Source: Nitrosopumilales archaeon | GTDB taxonomy: Archaea; Thermoproteota; Nitrososphaeria; Nitrososphaerales; Nitrosopumilaceae | NCBI GenBank assembly: GCA_007280465.1 | Contig: QYPM01000002.1 | Span: 2,608-66,607, forward strand | Reading direction: 5' to 3' | DNA length: 64,000 nucleotides | In this document: piece by piece, positions 9,718 to 18,899 of the stretch | How positions within the stretch are numbered: the first letter of the stretch is position 1 | Layout: each line of letters opens with the position of its first letter | Made by a program: the position numbers and the translations under genes | Notes under the pieces: model-generated | Told to the model about the DNA's origin: nothing | The model's input: the letters and a program-made list of their open reading frames with translations, nothing else | Databases searched by the model: none

Positions 9718-9892
9718 ACCCAACCATGCCATCCAATATCATCATATGATCTTCATCTTTGCAACAAACACACTTGAGTTTGATACAATCTCTAGCTATA
9801 CCATGGTTACATGTTTTACATGTACACACCACATCTCGTGGCATTTGTTGTGTGGTATCTTTATTCATATTCTGATTAAACCCATCCAACAA
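9710..9892 (-). CDS. small Cys-rich protein
   Basis: CTCKTCNHGIARDCIKLKCVCC; stop overlaps the hydrolase start; alternative ATG at 9868. Confidence 0.7.
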   Translation of the reverse strand: MLDGFNQNMNKDTTQQMPRDVVCTCKTCNHGIARDCIKLKCVCCKDEDHMMILDGMVGYG

Positions 9893-9968
9893 TTCAAAGA
9901 ATTGATAATCAGTTGGAAGTTCATGAAATTATAAATTACATTATAAAATATTTGAAGCCTGCCACAGA

Positions 9969-9984
9969 TTATCATGAATGATAA
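9969..9984. promoter_or_regulatory. island palindrome TTATCA-TGAA-TGATAA (perfect arms)
   Basis: ATTATCAtgaaTGATAAT in the divergent intergenic region upstream of the Cys-peptide/hydrolase/PRT/NRAMP unit. Confidence 0.75.
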
Positions 9985-10022
9985 TTAATCAAGTTGACAC
10001 ATATGCATAAGAAACATTCACG

Positions 10023-10038
10023 TTATCATAGATGAAAT
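10023..10038 (+). promoter_or_regulatory. island palindrome TTATCA-TAGA-TGAAAT
   Basis: Ends 42 bp before USP ATG 10080. Confidence 0.7.
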
Positions 10039-10079
10039 TGATAAACGGATTTAATTCCCAGCAATGTCAAAAATGAGTC

Positions 10080-10535
10080 ATGGGTAAATTATACAACAAC
10101 ATCCTAGTTCCATATGATGGCTCAGTACATTCTCAAAAGGCACTAAAGATGGCGGTCAACATGGCAAGCGCATTTGATTCAGCATTACATCTGGTAAATG
10201 TCATAGATGTTAGTGCAGTTAGTCCACCTGGTCAGATTCATTCAAAAAACACAAGAAAGACGCTAGATCAGATAAAGAGTACAGTCAAGACCTCAATTGA
10301 ATCATACCTTCAAAAAATACAAAAAGACTATGTAGATTCAGGAGTAATCGTAAAGGGATTTGTTTTAGAAGGAGACATTACTGGAAAATTATTAAAGTTT
10401 ACTCAAGATCATGATATTGATCTTGTAATCATAGGAAGCAAGGGCCTTTCAGGAGTTTCAAAGATAAAGACGCTTGGAAGTGTGAGTAGAAAAGTTTCAG
10501 AACTTGCAAAATGTCCAGTAATCATTGTTCGTTAA
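10080..10535 (+). CDS. universal stress protein
   Basis: ILVPYDGS...DLVIIGSKG...LGSVS...CPVIIVR. Confidence 0.95.
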   Translation: MGKLYNNILVPYDGSVHSQKALKMAVNMASAFDSALHLVNVIDVSAVSPPGQIHSKNTRKTLDQIKSTVKTSIESYLQKIQKDYVDSGVIVKGFVLEGDITGKLLKFTQDHDIDLVIIGSKGLSGVSKIKTLGSVSRKVSELAKCPVIIVR

Positions 10536-10635
10536 TACGACAGATCTAGGCGTGTTTTAGACTTGATCGTGTATTTCCTCCATGGATAAAACTGAGAACT
10601 TAATTATTCATATAGTACAATTCCAAATACAGAAT

Positions 10636-11403
10636 ATGCGACTAAACGACAAAGTAGCCATAGTCACTGGTGCCTCTAGTGACATTGGGTTAGAAATTTG
10701 TAAGAAATTGGTCCAAGAAGGAGCCAATGTAGTTATGTTAGGAAGGGACATGGCCAAGCTAGAAAAGGCAAGGATCACAATCAAAGACCATGCTTCAAAA
10801 ACAGTTGCAATCCCATGTGATATTACAAATGAAGCACAGGTTATTCAAACAGTAAAACAGATAACTGATCATTATAGGAAAATCGATATTTTAGTCAACA
10901 ACGCAGGAGCAATTAGCGATCCAATACATTTTCATGAGATGTCAGAAGAAGCTTGGCACTCTCTAATCAATACCAACTTGTTTGGTACATTTAGGATAAC
11001 AAAATCTGTCATAGTAAAGATGCTTGAAAATAAAGATGGAGGTTCTATAATCAACATAGGTTCAATTTCAGCAGAACGAGCAATACCAAAAGTTCACTTG
11101 ACGGTATACTGTACAACAAAAGCTGCAATCAACATGTTCACTAAAGGACTAGCAGTAGAATATGCAAGACGAAATATTCGTTGCAATTGTGTCAATCCAG
11201 GAATTGTCAATGCAGGAATGATAAAATCATATCTTGATTATCCAGAAGCAAGAAAGGTCCTAGAAAACAGACAGCCAATAAACAGAATTGGAGAACCAGA
11301 AGATGTTGCAAATGCAGTTGTATATCTTGCATCAGACGAGGCAAAATGGATTTCGGGTGTAATCCTTAATGTTGATGGTGGAAAGTCAGCTTCTGAAGGA
11401 TAG
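10636..11403 (+). CDS. SDR family oxidoreductase
   Basis: KVAIVTGASSDIG, NNAG, YCTTK catalytic motif, VDGG; probable start MRLNDK. Confidence 0.92.
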   Translation: MRLNDKVAIVTGASSDIGLEICKKLVQEGANVVMLGRDMAKLEKARITIKDHASKTVAIPCDITNEAQVIQTVKQITDHYRKIDILVNNAGAISDPIHFHEMSEEAWHSLINTNLFGTFRITKSVIVKMLENKDGGSIINIGSISAERAIPKVHLTVYCTTKAAINMFTKGLAVEYARRNIRCNCVNPGIVNAGMIKSYLDYPEARKVLENRQPINRIGEPEDVANAVVYLASDEAKWISGVILNVDGGKSASEG

Positions 11404-11467
11404 TTAGTATCCACAACATAATTAATTTATTTTAAAATAATTTTATAAAACATATTAGAATTATCGC

Positions 11468-12133
11468 TCAAGTTACAATTACGAGTCCTTTCATCCAAGG
11501 ATGGATTGTGCAAAAGTAATTGTACTTTCCTTCATTATAGAACGCATATTGCCAACCTGCTCCGGGTTGAATCAAATCTGAATCAAATTTTCCAGCAATG
11601 TCCGTTACTGTATGAATTATAGTATCATCATTTGTCCATGTTATAGTTGTGCCAGTATTTACCTGGATAATAGTAGGATGGTATGATTCTGTGGTATTGA
11701 TTTGCCATGCTCCATTTACTATGGAGACTTTGTCTGCCTTGATTATCATGTGTTGGTAAAAGGTAGTATTTTGTGCAGATGTCAAACTTGTCATCATATC
11801 ATGCATGGGGCCTCCATATTGCGTCATCATCCATGGTCCCATGTACTGCTGTCTAAAATCAGAACTAGCCATCATATTTGTCATAAATTTGTTCATAAAC
11901 TGAGGATTTTTTTGCATTACATTTACCCAATTTTTCATTGTGTCAGGGTTTGACATCATGCTATTCATCCAATTATTTGGAAGGCTTGGGTCAATCCATC
12001 CCATAGGACCTGGAACAGGTGAATTTTGCATCATGGGTGGGTGATTGGACGGTTGCGAAATCATATTTCCCACAGCCAGACCTGCAATAAAAACACCTAC
12101 AACAATACCAATGACAACATAACGACTGGGCAT
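11468..12133 (-). CDS. membrane-anchored cupredoxin with Met-rich linker
   Basis: N-terminal TM; Met/Asn/Pro-rich region; HTVT...YFCTIHPWM type-1 Cu ligands. Confidence 0.9.
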   Translation of the reverse strand: MPSRYVVIGIVVGVFIAGLAVGNMISQPSNHPPMMQNSPVPGPMGWIDPSLPNNWMNSMMSNPDTMKNWVNVMQKNPQFMNKFMTNMMASSDFRQQYMGPWMMTQYGGPMHDMMTSLTSAQNTTFYQHMIIKADKVSIVNGAWQINTTESYHPTIIQVNTGTTITWTNDDTIIHTVTDIAGKFDSDLIQPGAGWQYAFYNEGKYNYFCTIHPWMKGLVIVT

Positions 12134-12175
12134 ATGTTCAGATTACAAATTGTTTGTATTAAACGGTCAAGGCAA

Positions 12176-12191
12176 ATCTCAGTAATGATAA
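12176..12191 (-). promoter_or_regulatory. island palindrome TTATCA-TTAC-TGAGAT (minus strand)
   Basis: 43 bp upstream of start 12133. Confidence 0.7.
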
Positions 12192-12252
12192 TTAAAAATA
12201 ACCCGGATAGAATTTGTTTTGTTTGTGAGCAGTATAAATGGCAGATAATGAA

Positions 12253-12897
12253 TTATCTAATTATCATAACAGGGCATTTGGCTTCTTCGGATACTCTACG
12301 ACTAACACTACCAAGCGCTGCAAGTTTTTTCATTCCATGTAATCCTTGGCTACCTATTACTATTAGATCTGCTTTTGTTTGCGTTGCAAATTTTAGTATA
12401 GAGTTAGAAGCTCTTCCCATAAGAATCTCAACTTGTACATCAACTCCATGTTTTGTACATTCGTTGATTTGTTGCTGTAGTTTGGTCGGAGTGGAGAATT
12501 TTTTTGGCAAACTTATCTCACGTTTTAATTTGTTGAGTTTTTTATTTACTACATCACTTAAAACTCCTGGCGGTACATCTGATGCAACCTCAATTACAGA
12601 AAGTACGTATATCTTTGAACCAAATGCTTTTGCCATTTCAAGTGATTCACTTAATGCATTCTTTGAAAAACTAGACCCATCATATGGAACTAGGATTTTT
12701 TTATATTTTTGTACGTGACGTGTATCGGTTATTTTTGATTGCATTCGTGAAGATATTCCATCTATTTTTGATAAATCCCTCAAGAGATTCTCATTTGAGC
12801 CATATTTTGCATTTTTGAGTATAATCTTGATTGTTTCTCGTATGGTAGATATCTGATTTGCAAGTTCTTCATTTTCTGAATTCTTTGATATGGACAT
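12253..12897 (-). CDS. universal stress protein with N-terminal extension
   Basis: KKILVPYDGS...ADLIVIGSQG...LGSVS...CPVMIIR. Confidence 0.92.
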   Translation of the reverse strand: MSISKNSENEELANQISTIRETIKIILKNAKYGSNENLLRDLSKIDGISSRMQSKITDTRHVQKYKKILVPYDGSSFSKNALSESLEMAKAFGSKIYVLSVIEVASDVPPGVLSDVVNKKLNKLKREISLPKKFSTPTKLQQQINECTKHGVDVQVEILMGRASNSILKFATQTKADLIVIGSQGLHGMKKLAALGSVSRRVSEEAKCPVMIIR

Positions 12898-12953
12898 TGT
12901 TTTTCCTTCCTACAAACCGCAATTTTACTCGTTATTAGACCCAACTGATATCA

Positions 12954-13808
12954 TCATGTAAAATGTGGGTCCTTCTTTGCAAGTCGTTTATGAGTCTCAA
13001 CCTCAGTGTATGCTTTTACAATGTCTGTTGCGCTGATGACACCTTTTAGATCATCGTTTTTATCAACTACTGGAATTCCACTCACTTTGTATTCAATCAT
13101 TAAATTAGCTGCTTTTGCCAGATCATCCTCAGAGCTTACAGTTATCAACTCAAAATCAATGATATCGCTCACAGTCATCCCCTTACCAGAGTCTTCTGGG
13201 AGCAAATAGTTTCTGCTAGGATTTTTGAAATAATCACTGTTTCTAAGAAACGAGTCATATGTTATCAATCCCATTGCTTTTCCATCATTGTCAGTTACGA
13301 CAAGCCTAGAGATTTTATTTTTATTTAACATGTCCAGCCCAAAGCAAAGAGAATCAGTCTTTCTACAAGTCATTATTATTTTTGACATGTAATCCTTTAC
13401 TTTGTAGGCCTGCGGATACTTGATTGCAAAGTTATGTGCTAGATCAGACTTTGTAGTTATTCCGACCAATTTTCCATCGGCATTTATTATTATTGCAGAA
13501 CTGATTTGAAAGGTAACCATCCTTATCGCACATTGAGAAAGTATGTCGGACTGATCCGCAAATATTGTTACGAGGTTTCTACTCATTATTTCATTTATTG
13601 CAATTTCATCCAAATTTCGAGCAGTCTTGTCTGATTCTAGAAAATTTCCAATATCTCTTTCCGTAACAATTCCAATCGGGATATCTTTTTCAACAATTAC
13701 AATTCGTTTAATGCTATTTTTTTGCATCATATGTAATGCATCGTGTATCGTATGCTCTTGGTATAATGTAATAACAGATGTTGTGTACTGACTCAGTTGA
13801 ATTCCCAC
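12954..13808 (-). CDS. four-CBS-domain protein
   Basis: GIVTERD, GITTKSD, GLITYDS, GVISATD motifs. Confidence 0.92.
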   Translation of the reverse strand: MGIQLSQYTTSVITLYQEHTIHDALHMMQKNSIKRIVIVEKDIPIGIVTERDIGNFLESDKTARNLDEIAINEIMSRNLVTIFADQSDILSQCAIRMVTFQISSAIIINADGKLVGITTKSDLAHNFAIKYPQAYKVKDYMSKIIMTCRKTDSLCFGLDMLNKNKISRLVVTDNDGKAMGLITYDSFLRNSDYFKNPSRNYLLPEDSGKGMTVSDIIDFELITVSSEDDLAKAANLMIEYKVSGIPVVDKNDDLKGVISATDIVKAYTEVETHKRLAKKDPHFT

Positions 13809-13850
13809 CTACATTGTATAGTTGAAAATGCATTTAAAATGAATTTATGA

Positions 13851-13866
13851 TTTCCAACCATGATTA
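13851..13866 (-). promoter_or_regulatory. island palindrome TAATCA-TGGT-TGGAAA (minus strand)
   Basis: 43 bp upstream of start 13808; degenerate. Confidence 0.55.
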
Positions 13867-13895
13867 TCAATGATAAAATGAAAATTTGTTAATTC

Positions 13896-14237
13896 CTAAT
13901 TCTCTAAATCAGAATTAGGAACAATTTCTACTTCAAGAGAGCCGTTTTTGAAGCATGTCATTATTGACTTTACTCGTGATTTGTAGAGAAAGTACTTTTT
14001 CCCATCCTGGTTTATCGAGCCAGATATTCCTAGTAATTTGTGGCCATGTAGTAATTGCACTCTACGGTACGCAGTGCTGATCGGTATTCCGCACTCGTTG
14101 CTTAGATCGATTGCAGATTTTGGCAACTCCATCGTGGCTTCCAAAATACATCGCGAGTACTTGTCTGCCAAGATTTCAAGATATGCATCCTTTGTTGATG
14201 GCTCTTGAACTAATTTTCCTTGTAGTAATACTTGCAT
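13896..14237 (-). CDS. ArsR-like winged-helix transcriptional regulator
   Basis: LEILADKYSRCIL...SAIDLSNECGIPISTAYRRVQLL...DGKKYFLYKSR. Confidence 0.88.
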   Translation of the reverse strand: MQVLLQGKLVQEPSTKDAYLEILADKYSRCILEATMELPKSAIDLSNECGIPISTAYRRVQLLHGHKLLGISGSINQDGKKYFLYKSRVKSIMTCFKNGSLEVEIVPNSDLEN

Positions 14238-14348
14238 GCGGTATAATCATTCATTTTTGCTTATAATGATCAGGAATGCACTGCACTACAATGTATTCAG
14301 ACGATAAACAAAGCATCAAGTCTTAAATATCAAATTATTAAGGTTAGT

Positions 14349-14861
14349 TTGTTGGCAATAACCTCAAAGATATACCTTGTAGCAATCACACTCTTTACAG
14401 TTTCATTTCTTACAGCAGCTGCACAGACTCCTATTACAGTAACTACTGACAAGCCAGCATATTCAGACGGCAGTACAATTATGATATCAGGAACTGTAAC
14501 GGACCAACTCAGCATACCAATATCGATTATCATCAAGGACAGTTCCCAGCACATTGTATATATCGCTCAAACAAACCCCAATCCAGATAACACCTATTCA
14601 ACCCAAGCAGTTGCAGGCGGAGATCTCTGGAAAACTATGGGAACTTATGAAATTGATGTGACATATGGTGGGGCAGACAAAACTTCCAAGACAACATTTG
14701 AGTTTACATCCAGCGCACAACCTGTATCTGGTGCCGGAAATCAAACTAATGCAACTCAGGCAGTCCCAGAGTTTGGATCATTATCAGTATCAATATTTGC
14801 AATATCTACACTAGCAATAGTAATTTTCTATGCCAGAGTAAGACCATCTTTTAAAATCTAA
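14349..14861 (+). CDS. PEFG-CTERM surface protein
   Basis: Signal peptide, Ig-like domain, VPEFG + TM + basic tail. Confidence 0.9.
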   Translation: MLAITSKIYLVAITLFTVSFLTAAAQTPITVTTDKPAYSDGSTIMISGTVTDQLSIPISIIIKDSSQHIVYIAQTNPNPDNTYSTQAVAGGDLWKTMGTYEIDVTYGGADKTSKTTFEFTSSAQPVSGAGNQTNATQAVPEFGSLSVSIFAISTLAIVIFYARVRPSFKI

Positions 14862-14881
14862 AAAGTCAATTAATCAAGATA

Positions 14882-15355
14882 TTAGTGTATAATCATGACA
14901 GGGCATTTTGCAAGCTCAGATATTTTTCTGCTTACACTTCCAAGTGCCTTTACCTGACCTACACCGTGCAATCCTTTACTGCCTATTACAATAAGATCTG
15001 GATGCACACCACGTTCAAATTTTAAGATTGATTCAACGGGGTTTCCCGCCACCACGTCATAATATGCGTTCAATGTGCCTTTTGATTTGCATATGGCCAC
15101 ATCTGCAAGTAGTTCTTTTCTTGCAATAGATTTTGCAGCCACAACAAATTCTCCTATTGATTTTTCCAATCGTGTATCTTTTTTTAATAATGAAAGCAAC
15201 ATTCCAGGAGGAAAATCACTTGTATCCACAGCAGTGACCAAGTATAATTTGGATTTGAATTTATTGGCAATTTCTATGGCATGTACAAGTGCTTTTCTTG
15301 AATATTTTGAGCCATCTATTGGTACAAGTATTTTTTTAATTACAGATTCTGCCAA
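14882..15355 (-). CDS. universal stress protein
   Basis: KKILVPIDGS...DLIVIGSKG...LGSVS; TTG start at 15355 proposed (ORF track 15403). Confidence 0.92.
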   Translation of the reverse strand: MAESVIKKILVPIDGSKYSRKALVHAIEIANKFKSKLYLVTAVDTSDFPPGMLLSLLKKDTRLEKSIGEFVVAAKSIARKELLADVAICKSKGTLNAYYDVVAGNPVESILKFERGVHPDLIVIGSKGLHGVGQVKALGSVSRKISELAKCPVMIIH

Positions 15356-15396
15356 CAAATAATATCTAAAATCATCATACTTAAGGTAATTCCAAA

Positions 15397-15412
15397 ATTT
15401 CATTTGTGATAT
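15397..15412 (-). promoter_or_regulatory. island palindrome ATATCA-CAAA-TGAAAT (minus strand)
   Basis: 42 bp upstream of TTG 15355. Confidence 0.6.
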
Positions 15413-15433
15413 GCAGGAGATAGTTAATGGGTA

Positions 15434-16345
15434 TCAAAATTGATAACATGTGGACAACGTGTTAATATCATCAGATATTTTTTTGGCAGATATCTTCAAG
15501 AGTTTAGTTTCTTTGTCATCAAGAGGTAATTGTAATATTTCTTTTACTCCATTTTTGCTAAAAACAACTGGAACCCCCATGGAAAATCCACTAAACCCGT
15601 ACTCCCCATCTAAATACACCGAAGCAGATGCAAGAAGATCTTTTCCTTCGACGATTGATTTTGCAATATCAAACGTATTTTTTGCAGCCCCAAATACCGA
15701 TGCCTCTTTGTACGCAACAAGATATTTCCAGTAATTTTTTAATTCAGATGTAATCTCATCAGTTTTTTTCTCTGAAATATTTATTTTCTGACCTTGAGAT
15801 TTTGCGTTTGAGAAAAGTGGAACCATCGTAGAGCCGTGTTCACCAATAACTAATCCATCTATCTGCCCTTGTTTTACACCCAATTCTTTTGCAAGAAGAT
15901 AGCGAAATCTACTTGAATCCAAGCTAGAACCCATCCCAATAACTCGCTCTCTTGGAAATTTAGTTTGTTCTAGTATTTGGTATGCAAGTACATCTATAGG
16001 ATTAGTTACAACTATCACCTTTGTCTCATCTGCGTACTTTGCAAGATTTTTACATATTTCTGATACAATTGGAACATTAAATGGTAAAAGTTCAGCCCTG
16101 TCTTCTTTGATAACTCCGCCGCTTACTGTAATTATTACTACATCGGAATTTTTTATCTTGGAAAAATCATCAGTTCCCATAACAGATATGAGAGATTTTT
16201 CAGGTAGCGTGTTGCTAACATCCAAGGCCTCACCAAGAGCCTTGTTCTTTGATCTATTTACAATTACCAAGTCATCTAGTCCAGATTGTCCAACTAAAAA
16301 TGCGATTGCAGATCCTACACGACCTGCACCAATTATAGAAATCAT
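15434..16345 (-). CDS. LDH/MDH-family 2-hydroxyacid dehydrogenase (atypical)
   Basis: IIGAGRVG, VTNPID, LDSSR, GEHG. Confidence 0.9.
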   Translation of the reverse strand: MISIIGAGRVGSAIAFLVGQSGLDDLVIVNRSKNKALGEALDVSNTLPEKSLISVMGTDDFSKIKNSDVVIITVSGGVIKEDRAELLPFNVPIVSEICKNLAKYADETKVIVVTNPIDVLAYQILEQTKFPRERVIGMGSSLDSSRFRYLLAKELGVKQGQIDGLVIGEHGSTMVPLFSNAKSQGQKINISEKKTDEITSELKNYWKYLVAYKEASVFGAAKNTFDIAKSIVEGKDLLASASVYLDGEYGFSGFSMGVPVVFSKNGVKEILQLPLDDKETKLLKISAKKISDDINTLSTCYQF

Positions 16346-16351
16346 TAGCAG

Positions 16352-16780
16352 TTACTTTACAACAAGAACTGGTACATGAGATTTGTGTACAATTGCATTT
16401 GAAACGCTTCCCAAGAATGCTTCTTTTATTCCTCCCATTCCCCTAGATCCGATAACGACAAGATCAAATTTGTTCTGTTTTATAAAATCAAGCATGTCAG
16501 ATTTAGCATCACCGTAGATAATTTTATGACGAAATACAATGCCATTTTGTGCAGATTTTACTTTGGCTTGTTCCATAAATTTTTCTGCATTTGCAATAAG
16601 TTTTGCCTTTAAAGGAGTTACAAGTTCACCCATATGCTGAGGATAAATTGAAACTACATGAAGACCTGTTATTATTGCACCACATTGTCTTGCAAGAAAG
16701 ATTGCCATATCAAGTCCATTAAACGATGTCTTGGAACCATCTAATGGCACTAGAATTTTGGCAATTTTTGTCCTGATCAT
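16352..16780 (-). CDS. universal stress protein
   Basis: ILVPLDGS...GSRGMGGIKEAFLGSVS (canonical G-2x-G-9x-GS ATP motif). Confidence 0.95.
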   Translation of the reverse strand: MIRTKIAKILVPLDGSKTSFNGLDMAIFLARQCGAIITGLHVVSIYPQHMGELVTPLKAKLIANAEKFMEQAKVKSAQNGIVFRHKIIYGDAKSDMLDFIKQNKFDLVVIGSRGMGGIKEAFLGSVSNAIVHKSHVPVLVVK

Positions 16781-16897
16781 ATAATCAGTTCAGATACGTG
16801 GGATTTATCATCACCTCTGATTATCGCAGACAAAAACCAACTGGTTTACTTTTATAGCCCTAGATTATTATGGAGGAAATAAGGAGCAAAATGAGAA

Positions 16898-18067
16898 ATG
16901 AGTTCGCCACAAGTCATCTATGCACATTTGAAAGAAGTTCGTGATCTTAAGGTAGACAAGATACTAAAGAAAGCAACCACTATAGACACTTCTTATTCCA
17001 TATCTAAAACAGTCGGAGTTTTGGTAAATTCTGATTCTTACGAGGTATTTTGCATGGACGGTAAGGACGTTCTCACAATAAGCGCACGTGAGCTTTTGGG
17101 TGTAAAAGATGTTGAAAATATGAAGATAAAGCCATTATTACGAAAGATCCAGCCATTGACTAGAAATGATACTATAGAAAAGGCAGCTGCAATTTTGTCT
17201 CATTACAGAATGCGCTCAGTTCCAGTAGTAGAAGGAAATGAGATAGTCGGAATAGTCAATGGAAAAGACATTGTTGAACTATTACACAAACAGAATTTAA
17301 AATGGATTCCAGCAAACAACATACTAACTGCAGACCCAATTACTGTAACTAGTACTGATTCTCTTGCAACTGCAAGAAGATTAATGATTACAAAAAGAAT
17401 TGACCATCTTCCAGTTATCAAAGGCGGTAAAGTTTCACAAGTGTTGACATCAATGCACTTGTTGCAAGTAATAAAACCTACAGAAAGATTGGGAATGGGA
17501 TTAAGAGGATTAAATCTACACAAGAAATACCAAGAAGACATATCAAATCTAGGTAGTACCCGCATTCCAAATCTTAACACCAACGCGCCACTAAGTACTG
17601 TAATAGAATCAATGTTAAAGAATGACTCATCATGTTGTTTGCTTACATTATTGGACCATGTCCATGGAATAATCACTTACAAAGATATCATCAACTTGCT
17701 TGAATCAAAAATACCAAGTGATGTTCCGCTATTCATTGTAGGCCTTCCAGAAGATTACAGCAGTGCAGAAATTGTCAAGACAAAGTTTGATAAAATTATT
17801 AGAAACCTTACCAAAGTATATCCTGAAGTAGAACAGGCCAAGGCATCTATTAAGACAATACACAATCCAGTTAGCAATAGGCCACATTACGAAGTAAGTG
17901 TTAGAGTATTCAGCCCATACAGAACATACAACTATACTGAAATGGGATGGGATCTCTCAAAAGTTTTCGATGCTCTAGGTAGTAAATTAATTCGAAACTT
18001 GTCTCAACGCAGCAAGAAACGTTGGAAGACTACAATTAGAAAAATAGACAAGAAAGACATCTTCTAA
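16898..18067 (+). CDS. CBS-domain protein with C-terminal HPF/RaiA-like domain (putative ribosome hibernation factor)
   Basis: Four CBS repeats, then PLFIVGL-helix-AKASIKT-HYEVSVRV-YNYTEMGWDLSKVFDALGSKLIRNL (beta-alpha-beta-beta-beta-alpha) and a basic tail. Confidence 0.8.
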   Translation: MSSPQVIYAHLKEVRDLKVDKILKKATTIDTSYSISKTVGVLVNSDSYEVFCMDGKDVLTISARELLGVKDVENMKIKPLLRKIQPLTRNDTIEKAAAILSHYRMRSVPVVEGNEIVGIVNGKDIVELLHKQNLKWIPANNILTADPITVTSTDSLATARRLMITKRIDHLPVIKGGKVSQVLTSMHLLQVIKPTERLGMGLRGLNLHKKYQEDISNLGSTRIPNLNTNAPLSTVIESMLKNDSSCCLLTLLDHVHGIITYKDIINLLESKIPSDVPLFIVGLPEDYSSAEIVKTKFDKIIRNLTKVYPEVEQAKASIKTIHNPVSNRPHYEVSVRVFSPYRTYNYTEMGWDLSKVFDALGSKLIRNLSQRSKKRWKTTIRKIDKKDIF

Positions 18068-18101
18068 ATATAACAAACTAGAATTTTTCCAGAATTGAAT
18101 T

Positions 18102-18899
18102 TTAGATATTAAAAAGATCTTTTGCGTTCTGGTACATCAATTTGTTCCTGTATTCCTTCTTTAATTTTAATTTTAAAGCAAAATTAATGTATGAACCCAT
18201 ATCAGAGATTGGCCAATCAGTGCCATATAGTAGATAACGCGGTTCTCCGGCATAGTTTATCAATTCTGCGACTTTTTCTACCATTATTTCTTCAAAAAAG
18301 TGGTCAAATTTACCAACTGCCAGGCCTGACATATCGGCATAAACATTATCATTTTTGTATACTACTTCCTGACAATCTTCAATCCAGGGATTTCCAAGAT
18401 GGCACATGACAATTTTTAGTTCTGGATTATCTACTGCAACTTCATCCAGATTAAGAGGGTGTGAAAATTTCAGCTTGCCTTTCTCAGAAAATGTATCACC
18501 AGTATGTACCATCACAGGTATTCCAAATTCTACACAAGTATCATAGACTTTTTGATATCTCTTGTCATATGGGTAATAGTGTTCATAACCACAATAAATT
18601 TTGAGTCCTTTCACAAAACCTTCTTTTATCCATTTGCGATATTGTTTCAGATCAGCACTGGTATGATTTTCAATACTAAATCCTGCAACTAGACCAATGT
18701 TATCATACTTTTTTGTAGCTTCAATCAACTGTCGTGTGGATGGTCTTTCTTCACTTACTTTGTATGATGAGAGAACTAGCGAATAATCTACGTCATGATT
18801 AGACATTTCTAAAAGTAATTTCTTCACCCTGTCTTCAAGGCGTGGAATATTTTCTATAGTGGCATATCGGTTTAGATGAGTATGACAATCAATTATCAA
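18102..18899 (-). CDS. amidohydrolase-2 family metallohydrolase
   Basis: IDCHTH, VMVHTG, MCHLGNP, LLYGTDWP. Confidence 0.9.
   Translation of the reverse strand: MIIDCHTHLNRYATIENIPRLEDRVKKLLLEMSNHDVDYSLVLSSYKVSEERPSTRQLIEATKKYDNIGLVAGFSIENHTSADLKQYRKWIKEGFVKGLKIYCGYEHYYPYDKRYQKVYDTCVEFGIPVMVHTGDTFSEKGKLKFSHPLNLDEVAVDNPELKIVMCHLGNPWIEDCQEVVYKNDNVYADMSGLAVGKFDHFFEEIMVEKVAELINYAGEPRYLLYGTDWPISDMGSYINFALKLKLKKEYRNKLMYQNAKDLFNI

Noticed and set aside
12026-12718. 230-aa plus-strand ORF
   Set aside because: Antisense shadow of the USP and cupredoxin genes; no recognisable motifs.
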